Assembly: GCA_951406725.2 (NCBI GenBank)
Contig: OX597814.1
Span: 178,002,001 to 178,066,000, forward strand
From: Octopus vulgaris
Lineage: Eukaryota
Length of the DNA stretch: 64,000 nucleotides
Direction of reading: 5' to 3'
Below are positions 54,111 to 64,000 of this stretch, one piece after another (position 1 is the first letter of the stretch; every line of letters starts with the position of its first letter). Below the pieces are notes generated by a model. The model had not been told where the DNA came from, made no database searches, and saw only the letters and a program-made list of their open reading frames with translations. The position numbers and the translations under genes are program-made.

Positions 54111-54296
54111 TAATCCTTTCTACTTTTGGTACAAGGACCGAAATTTTGTCCGGTGAAAGTAAGTCGATTACATTGACTCCTGTGCTGAGCTGGTACTTAT
54201 TTCATTGACCAAAAAAGGCAAAGTCTGCCTCTGCAGAAATCTACTTCTGCGAAATACCGCTAAGCATTTTCGCCAGCAAGCTAACGATTCTGCCTA
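54111..54296 (-). mobile_element. Diverged OK-related SINE
   Basis: AGTCGATTACATTGAC, CTGGTACTTATTT, AAGGCAAAGTC, GAAATACCGCTAAGCATTT. Confidence 0.7.
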
Positions 54297-54762
54297 AAAA
54301 CTTGAAAGGCAGAACAAAAACAAATTAACACTGCATAATATTTAAGAGATGTTTAACCTGACTCCATAATTTTTCCATTTAAACAAGATATAAAACGTGA
54401 CTGGAAACTGGTGTACATATTTCTCTCTCTTTCTCTCGTTCCGTATAGCTATGACTACCATTGTGTATGTGTGTGTGTGTAGATATGAGGAACGATAATA
54501 TGTTTAACAGAGTGATGTTGTATAGCTAGTGCTTGGTATATTTATATATGTATATATAAATGTATACACATACACACGCACACACACATACACGCACACA
54601 CACACACACATATATATATATGCATGTATGTATATATGTGTGTGTGTATCTATATCTGTTCTACAAAACAACGTAACTAAACCAAAAGCGATGATCAGGC
54701 GATTTTTGTGTCTACTTGTGTGGTTGTGTGCGTGTGTGTTTGGTTGCGTGTGTGTATTTCTG

Positions 54763-56158
54763 TGTGCTAAAAGAAAGAAAAATATTTATAGATTTTGATA
54801 TAAGCAACTGGAAGATTCCTATTGTGTTAAATTATTATTTACTGGAAAATAGTCACGACAAAAACCTCAAATTTTTGCGGGAATATTATCGTTGCAGGGA
54901 AAAAGTGACATATTTCAATTAAAGAATACAGATAATGATGTTTATTTAAAGAAAATAAATAATCATGTGTATATGTATGTGCATGTCTGCGCGCGTGTGT
55001 GCGAGCGAATTTATGTACTTTTGTGCATTGAAAGAAATAACAATATATAAAGATTTACATATAAGTCATTTGAAGTCTCCTATTGTGTTAAATTATTATA
55101 TCAACATTCTCTTAATTACTTAGAAACGTTGCAAAAATTTTCGCACGAACTTAGGCCTACATAGTAATATATACGTAGAAGAAGCAGAAAGAAATTTACT
55201 GGAAAATATCATGACAAAAACCTCACCACTTTTGCAGAGATATTATAACTGCAGTGAAAAAAAAAAGACATATTTCAATTAAAGAAAATAAATAATGGTG
55301 TAATTAAACAAATAATACTTTTGCAGTTTATTAGCTTTAACAGCATCACAAGTTTCCAGAAACAATAGAAATGTATAGTCGCACTGCATGTGCATGAAAA
55401 GACATCATGTCTTAGCTGAAATCATTAAAACAGGAAAGAAGCAAATGGGGTTTTTTTTGGTCGGATATATGTTGAAAATCCCTGTGACTTTTCTCTTCAT
55501 TCATGTATATATATTCTTTATGTCATAAGAATTTAGAATCTTCTTATGTAGATGAATCTACAAGGAGCTTAAGCTCTACTAACGAGATATGTCTCTCAAA
55601 GTTTCGGCCTCTATTAACGAAACGTTTCTCAATGTTTCTAAATTATAATGAAAACACCAAGCAAATCTTGCTGGTAAGGATAAAGTTTTTAAATGTCAGT
55701 CGAGAGATTTCTTTCGTCAAGTCGCACGAGAAGGTTTCGGTCTGTTCTATATTAATGAATTTTTAATACAATATTTACAGGTTATCTATAGCTTTACAAC
55801 CGTTAAGAACAAATTAAATCTGTCTGGCATAGAAAAACAAAAGTCGAAGACAAATGAAGACCAAGACAAATGTATGAACAACAAACAAGTGTATTAGCTT
55901 GACGCTCGGGAAAAAATAAGTATTTTACGTTTCGAATAACTCTTTTACATTCTTCAACAGAAAGGAACAAGAGGGAATAAACAAAGAGAATATGAAAAAA
56001 AAAAAAACGTGTAGAGTTCAGCGGTCAAGCATGGCGGAACAAATAACATATTTCAATTAAAGAAAATAAATAATGATGTAAGTAAACAAATAATACATTT
56101 GCAGGTTATTTGCTTAAACTGCATGACAAGTTTCCAGAAACAATAGAAATATATAGTA
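54763..56158 (+). repeat. Overlapping diverged local duplications (54763-54940 with 55022-55300; 55268-55379 with 56046-56158)
   Basis: CCTATTGTGTTAAATTATTAT twice; ACATATTTCAATTAAAGAA three times; ACAAGTTTCCAGAAACAATAGAAAT twice. Confidence 0.8.
55835..56000 (-). repeat. Reverse copy of the 8326-8478 repeat family
   Basis: Reverse complement TCGAAACGTAAAA...CCCGAGCGTCAAGCTAATACACTTGTTTGTTG. Confidence 0.6.
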
Positions 56159-56174
56159 TAATATAGAATAGAAA

Positions 56175-56220
<46 letters not shown>

Positions 56221-56221
56221 C

Positions 56222-56256
<35 letters not shown>

Positions 56257-56289
56257 CAGAGAGTTGTTTATTTGCAAAAAAAAAGAAGA

Positions 56290-56590
56290 TAACATGTGAC
56301 TTCATTGACCGAGGTTACCGTGGTCTTTTCCGTAGGCTTTTCTTTCCACGGGTAAACCTCACCTGTCCTCCCCTTTACACTTCATATTGACATTTCTGTG
56401 ATAACGATCCTTATTGCTCAATTTTTTTCCTTTCCTTTTTTTCCCTCCCCCCCTTTTTTGTCCTCTTTCTTTCCCTTTACAATCCCTTTTGATCGAAAAC
56501 CAAACCTCCTTTTTTTACCCCCAAAAGAAAAGCTCTACCTTGTAATTTGTCCTGTCTGTGTGCAGCCCTGTGTGGCTAATAAAGAAACAT
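56290..56590 (+). mobile_element. Probable LINE 3'UTR (L1/Tx1-like) inserted in (TATC)n
   Basis: Pyrimidine-rich tract ending GCCCTGTGTGGCTAATAAAGAAA with AATAAA; (TATC)n on both sides; clade assignment is tentative. Confidence 0.5.
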
Positions 56591-56894
56591 ATATATCTAA
56601 CTAACTATCTATCTATCTATCTATCTATTTATTTATGTCATATTCAGTTATAGGAAAACAAGTCAAGAACCCAATAGCACAACAGTCTCCCCGCAAACCG
56701 CCATCTTCCACAGCTAGATAAGGTATTGAATTAATAAGCCATGCTCATTCTCGTTTGATTCTGGTGGCCTGAGGACTCACATGAGGGGACTCCAAGTGAA
56801 GTGAATGAGACTGAATGACATTCATACGTCATCTTCGACGTCGCATATATATATATATATTTATATATATGTATACATCTATGTATATATCTAT

Positions 56895-56965
<71 letters not shown>

Positions 56966-57157
56966 AGTAGTTGAATGAATTATCTTAGTATGAATAATTC
57001 GGTTAACCGATACCTGGGTAGCAAATTCACGCCAGAAAAACACGGTTGAAGCTACATGCCAAGGGCAGAGATCACGTGCTTTCGTGTGGAAATTTGTGTG
57101 TTTTTTTTAATACAAATAAATGAATTTTGTTAAATCGTCGTTCAACTCCATTCTTTC

Positions 57158-57220
<63 letters not shown>

Positions 57221-57637
57221 CATATATATAATTGATAACAAAGAGGAGAGTGGAAATTTATTCACATTCAAAATTTATTTATTAAACACTTTTCTACAGC
57301 ATATAAAAGAAATGACCTACCTATGTTTTGACTGCAGCGAGTGCACTTGCACTGTATGCAATTATAAATCCTAGTCGTTGCAATTTCACCAAGAATCCAT
57401 CAATAAAAACGTTTTCAACGGGATGTCTACGGAATATTTGCAGTTCTGAATAACAACACGGAAATACCCAACGAGTGAAGCTTACCAGTAACGGTACCTA
57501 TTTTAATTTGAGTACTATGGAATTCAACCGTTGTGGGTAGCTGGCACCTATACCAATTTATGAGACAATATGGTATTCGCCAGGATAATTTATCTCTCTC
57601 TCTCACATTCTCACTATATATATATATATATATATAT

Positions 57638-57757
57638 ATCACCGTAATCACCGTGACCGACCAGGCTATCAGATGTTGCTACACATCGCTGATCACAATG
57701 CGTTTCGCATTGTTTCAGCCTTCAAATAACGCCATCCCGCTGGCTAAGCGAGCAGGT

Positions 57758-57760
<3 letters not shown>
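57638..57760 (-). mobile_element. 5'-truncated copy of the 24738-25040 SINE inside (TA)n
   Basis: Reverse complement matches ~24928-25040. Confidence 0.85.
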
Positions 57761-57827
<67 letters not shown>

Positions 57828-57829
<2 letters not shown>

Positions 57830-59455
57830 GGAAAATAAAAGTTGAAAATGCACAGAGAATAGTTAAAATATTTTTATTATTATATTTAAAGATTTAACCG
57901 TATTCACAATTTACATTGATTTTCAAGAACTTGAAATAGTAAGACGTGGCATATGACACACCTGTCTTGTTTCTGACTAGTGTTTCAAGCTTGCCCTATT
58001 TTTGTAGGGAATTCAGGGCTTTAATTAGTATATGCTTTGGTAGAAAATAGTCACATCACTGGTATTACAAATTTTCTTTAGGTTCCCCGCTACCTCCGTG
58101 TGTCAGGATCAAATGACAATGTTGAGCGTCGTAAGTTAAATCAGACACGGTTGACTGAACATATCTAGTGGCTGTACCAGTCAATCTTGTGAATGCTTTC
58201 TGCCAAGTGTTTGTACAGAATGAACACGTGATTGACTTTAGAACCTTCGTTACGTTTCCCACTACGTCCATGCGTTAGTGTCACATGACAATAAATTTTG
58301 AGCCTAAAATGAAGGCCGACATGGTTGAGTGGACATATTTAGTTACAATCGAGGCAAACCAAATTTAATCTTTCTGATGGGAGAGTGGACAGTAGTTGAA
58401 CATATGTAGTCGAGTGACTAACGTTTAGGTTGTTAGTTGTTTAGGTTCCTCATGTTAAGTGGCAGAATATGTTTCTGTATGAATAGTTATTTGTGTATGT
58501 ACTCTGTTTGTTAAATCTTGGTTTTTACTTTTGTATGAAAGTGTTTTCTTTGTTTTTCCTTGCTACATCTGTGGTATTCACTGATCATAGGTAGAGTGGG
58601 AAGACCTGAAATTTGGGGGACTTAGTTTTTGCACGTATGTCTATTTGTCCACTCAGTGCAATCTATCTTTTGCTGGGGTCTCCTATATTTTGTCGATGAA
58701 TGGGCAGTCTGATTCATAAAGGAAGCCTTGTTTGACCCATGTAATCTTCATTACATCCTTGACATTTCATAGCATATATTAAATCCTTTGTAGAATATGT
58801 AAAATGATTTTTTACGGTAAAAAGCTGCCCTGATTTTGAATTTTTATGTTGTATCTTCAATAAGGTTGTTGCAATTGGGCGGCCACTGTTTTTGACTGTT
58901 AGTGTAGAAATTGTCGAAGGCAATTTAATATTTGTGAGAAATGTTTTGAGGGATTTTGATTTTCTTTTACTTTTGATTATTTTGTGTGTTTCGAATGCTT
59001 GCTTCATTCTTGGATCTTGTCTTATTAGTGGGATGTTCTAGTGGGTAATATTATAAACCTCTGCATTTCCTGGGTTGTGAGTTGTAATAAAGGGTAGAAT
59101 AAGACTGACACGGTTGACTGAACATGTCTAGTGGCAGTACCAAACAATACTCTGAATGTTTTCATGGGAATTTCTCGCATAAAATTCCAGAGAGAATTGA
59201 TATAAGTTTCATCACTAACACAAGGAAGTAGCAAGGATTCTACAAAGATTTCCAAGGCCAGTCATGTCACTATCCTGTACCAATCAAATCCTATTCAAAA
59301 TACATACTAATTTAAGCTTCAGCTTTTTGAAAATCAGTCTAATCTATGAAACCGGTTAAATTTTTAAATATAATAATGAAAAATATTTTTACTATTCTCA
59401 GTGCAGTTCCAACTTCTATTTTTCCTGTATTTCTACCCATGTGGAATAAAATAAC
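57828..59455 (-). mobile_element. Penelope-like element remnant: GIY-YIG endonuclease fragment between inverted terminal repeats, in (TA)n
   Basis: ORF 58714..59007 ends HFTYSTKDLIYAMKCQGCNEDYMGQT, continuing IRLPIHRQNI; 57828-57935 is the reverse complement of ~59320-59430; direct repeat 58144-58200 / 59106-59163. Confidence 0.85.
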
Positions 59456-59457
59456 TG

Positions 59458-59503
<46 letters not shown>

Positions 59504-59558
59504 CAGATAAGCAAAGCACATACTATAGAGATACATGCACATATATATTACGTATATG

Positions 59559-59602
<44 letters not shown>

Positions 59603-61102
59603 TATACATATACGTAATTTATATGTGCATGTATATGTATAGTATGTCTTTGCCTGTCTGATAATCTATGTGTGTATGAGTGTGTTTGTGTGTGTCAAAT
59701 CACGCTAGTAGTTTTTTAGTGCTTGTATGAAATACCCACGTAACGACAGACGGCCTTGTATATTCTATTCTTTAGTTTACTTGTAACAATAGATATCTGT
59801 TAAATTACAAGTATACATTAAATAATTTTGAAATACTTTATTAAACTACAAATTAAAACAAGAATCTTTACATCTGATAATCTTTTATATCTCCTCGCAT
59901 CCTTTTATGCACGAAACTTTCCTATAAAATAAACGAAATTAAAAGTGAAATAATGTTTAATTGAATATCGATGTGAAATGGGAAAAGATGCTAGATTATT
60001 TAAAGCTGCGTCCTTCTTGTGTATACTAAGAAAAATTTTAAACTATACAGGGACGGTTAAAAAGCTGAAAAATCACAATTGTACAGTAAAAGAAAATCAA
60101 TATTGTTTGAATGACGAATATTATACTATAATTTCGTCATATGTTGGTGATAACTTTAGACCTATTCCGGTTTTAATCTCACCGCATCATTGTAGCACAC
60201 CGTTCACCTTACTTGCCAAGTTGTATAAAATTATGTATTTCATTCAAGGTTTCTATGCATCCATTCGCCGACCTCATACAATGTATCAAATATATAGTAA
60301 TTCTTATTTTATCGAATGTAAGCTGCATTTTGCTTTATATTTAGACCTGCCATCATTTTCGTTAAAATTTAACATTGATTCTATTTATATATTCACATTG
60401 GCATATGTGATTTGAAGTATATAGGCAATGTTTATTGTCATTAACATATGCGGCCACAACGAAGAAATATGGAAACTGACCAAATATAAATATACAAAAA
60501 GACATTAATGTATGATTTTTTATGAATGTGCTTTAACACGTTATTAGACTTCTATAAATGAACATTGATTATCATTAAGTGTGGCTAACTTTTGCCTGCC
60601 CGCACAGAAACAAGCTCCTTACCACGAATATCAGTTTCCTTTTGTCCTACTTGATATCTTGCAAATATCGATCTTCGGATTGTCGCTCTGGAAGATATTC
60701 CAGTTATGTCTGCTTATTGTTGTGCTTGTATTATTCATGTATGTTAAGTGTATACAAGGCCGTGTATGCAGGCGTCTGCAAGTGCTTTTGCAAGTACGTG
60801 TATGTATGTATTTGTGGATATGTGTTTGTGTTGGCACGCATTTAAAAGGAAAACAGTCGGGATGGGAAACAACGTTATCCACACAAAATGGAGTAGTGGG
60901 AAGAGGAAGAGTAAAACAGCATCACAAAGTCCATCTGCTTCGTATTTTCTTCATAGCTTCCTTTTATCAGTTAAGATATGTTTGTAGCTGACAGTGTACA
61001 AGCTCTTATAAATACACATATGCTTACATTTACACAAATGAATACATAGGCATACACACAGAGAGGAATACAAATGTGAGTATGTGTGCATGTGAGTATT
61101 TA

Positions 61103-61157
<55 letters not shown>

Positions 61158-61232
61158 ATTTATTTATATATACATATGTGTGTGTGTGAATGTGTGCGTA
61201 TGTGTATGTCTGCATGTGTGAGTGTATATATA

Positions 61233-61271
<39 letters not shown>

Positions 61272-62547
61272 AGACATAAGTACACACATTATTGCATGTA
61301 TATACACAATGGGAATTCACATAGACTGTGTAACTACGAACAAGTAAATGTGAACCAATACAATAAATATATGCGTATTTGAGTTACAGACTGTGTGTCT
61401 GTTTTAGCGTGTGCTTATTTGTATTTGACTGTGTATGTTCATGTTCACACGCAGGCTGGTTTCGCTTGCACGCAAGAGACTTGTTCATTATACACATATA
61501 GTCAATCGGAAGGAATATTTACTTATTTTTAATTCATCTGCCAGTAAAGTCACAAATGCAAATAATAGCTGAGTTCCATGACAAAATTTGTCGAGAATAT
61601 TGTGTAATCTCAATAAGCGATAGATGAAGAATGACAGAAACATTCTATCGTGTGGGCTGCATCAAATGTCAAGGTGAAGCAGGATATCATTCAAGGTTGA
61701 CCTGGCATACATACAAATATCAGAATTGATTGAAGTACGCGTATCGAATCGACAATTCACATTGTCAATAGTAATTACTTGCGAAAATCAGATTCGTTGA
61801 AACAGCAATAAATATTCTAATTAATTATGAAAAATTTATTAAATTTAGATACTAGTCATTTTTACTCATTCAGAGAATAAGGGTCTCAAGAGCAATCTTT
61901 GAAATGTTACTGACAATAAAATTTATTATCGCATTTCAATTGTAATCGTCTCTGTCTAATTACAATTGCATGGCATAAATTAGTTGACTATGTTAAGGCT
62001 AAGTCAAGATCTATTTTGTTACTTTCAGTGGAGTCATTCTTTGAAATTTCTTTTATTACGCAGTACCGAATATTCACTTTCGTATAATAGTAAAGGTCAT
62101 GCTGAATGCGTAATACAAACAAGGTTTGAAGACAGTGAATGTGTCCCAGTAACGTAGGGTAAAATTCAATATAGAACTCCGGAAAAAAATTCAATGTACA
62201 ATTTAATTGTTTTCAGATGTGACTTTCTTTTTTCCCTCTACCAATGTCACGAGTACAAGAAAATTATTACAAACGATTTAAATGGTCATATCCAAAATTT
62301 GTGGATTTCTCCAAATATTTTATGCATTCTACATTTGCTGGTAGAATACTTGAACTGTAGCCGAGTGGTCAAACTGAATTAAGTACCTCCTGGAAAAACC
62401 ACATTAGACATTTAGTCACTCACAGAAACTGTTATATTTATTTTTCGGATATTATTTCAGCTGTCAATATTTTATGTTTTACTTCAACAACTCAGCATTT
62501 CTCAATAATTATTCTCAGATACTTGATGGTAATCTATCTATCTATCT

Positions 62548-62582
<35 letters not shown>

Positions 62583-62586
62583 CCTA

Positions 62587-62682
<96 letters not shown>

Positions 62683-63375
62683 CATACATACATACATGCA
62701 TTAATATATATACACACACACATATACACACATATATATATATATTTACATATATACATGCATATACACATATATATAGTAGCTAAAAATGTACTAGCCG
62801 GATTTGACATGCACCAAAATCATTTCATACCCACATAGACAATGTCAAAGGCAAAGCACATATTATCCAAACACCACCACCATATATATATCAGCTTACG
62901 CACACTCTGATAGATTTCCAAATTCCAAACTCTGCGATGCTTATTAATGGTTTCTTTGTTTAGTCACCAAAATCCTCCAGTGATAGAGAAGTTAAACACT
63001 ACATTGCACTTATTAAATCTATACTACACTTTATTACGGATAGAACGGTGTTGCATTTTTCTGTCGCTTTACAATGTGATACTATGAAATATGAAATCAA
63101 TTAACATGCATGATTACCGCATTGCAAATTTTGGGAACTAGGTAATCTGTCCGATACGTGCATAAGCTGATTAAATTGTATTATCCTCCATTCTTTTAGG
63201 TTTTTCCCTTATACTATGTAACCGTAGACTAAATTTATTCGGTGTTTGAACTTTAAGTTTACAAATTGGGTAGGTGGTGAAATGTAAGTACGTGGCTTTT
63301 ACTGGGCAATTTAATTCCCCAAGTTTGATTCTTATAGAGTGATTTGCCTGGATTTGTAATGCCACTTTTCCTTTA

Positions 63376-63377
<2 letters not shown>

Positions 63378-63452
<75 letters not shown>
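63378..63452. repeat. (CA)n(TA)n microsatellite, one of dozens of TA/CA/GA tracts in the window
   Basis: Read directly. Confidence 0.97.
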
Positions 63453-64000
63453 TATCCTTTAACATCACAAGCTGAAATTCCTTTAGATTTCCTAGATTAA
63501 TTTTTGAAAGTCAAGCATAGATATGTTCGTAATTAAATGACACAGAATCACGGGATTGGAATTATAGTTAATTATGCAAATTATTTTATTACAAATCCTA
63601 CTTTAAATAACATTAACTATTGTATATTCATAAACAATTTCGGATAGGAAAATGACAAAGACACTTTTAACTAGTTAGAGCATTTCCATTATTCATAACA
63701 CACATAGATTTGAATTTTAAAATATATTGCTTCAAAATAAGGTTTCATATGAGGGTGGTATGGACACGATAGAGAGATATGAGAAATGAAACTTGAATCT
63801 AATGCTGTAGTAATAATTTTTAAACCAGTATGGATTGAGCTGAGGTCAACTATGTGCAATGCTTTAGAAAGATTTAGTCGATTATATCGAAGTTAGTGCT
63901 TTTTCCTGTTGTGATTTTTTCCTCTTCGTAAAGGATAAAAGAAAAAATCAAACACTGTCCTAAACCAAATTAACACGTAAGAAGCGAAATACAAACAGAT

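Noticed and set aside
60581-60991. 136-aa ORF
   Set aside because: Non-ATG start, includes a degenerate GT-rich repeat, no recognisable domain.

Overview
AT-rich, microsatellite-dense animal genomic DNA with no recognisable intact protein-coding gene, probably intronic or intergenic. The mix of SINEs, LINEs and simple repeats strongly resembles an octopus (cephalopod) genome; this is inferred from repeat content only. Nearly all ORFs in the supplied track are translations of (TA)n, (CA)n or (GA)n repeats. The real content is a layered set of decayed mobile elements: four R4/Dong-like REL-endonuclease LINE remnants, RTE-like and other LINE fragments, three Penelope-like (PLE) remnants, three Tc1/mariner-superfamily remnants (DD36E, mariner, maT-like), and many tRNA-derived SINEs. 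The standout is a young, ORF-less ~2-kb array at 32829-34853. It consists of a 535-537-bp unit in two direct plus ~1.7 inverted copies, inserted in a (TA)n tract. Each of the four copies carries a complete type I hammerhead ribozyme motif, giving a retrozyme/PLE-pLTR-like structure that could release a 535-nt (circular) RNA. Further intact or decayed hammerhead motifs and fold-back junctions occur throughout the window. All calls were made by eye; no searches or folding programs were run.
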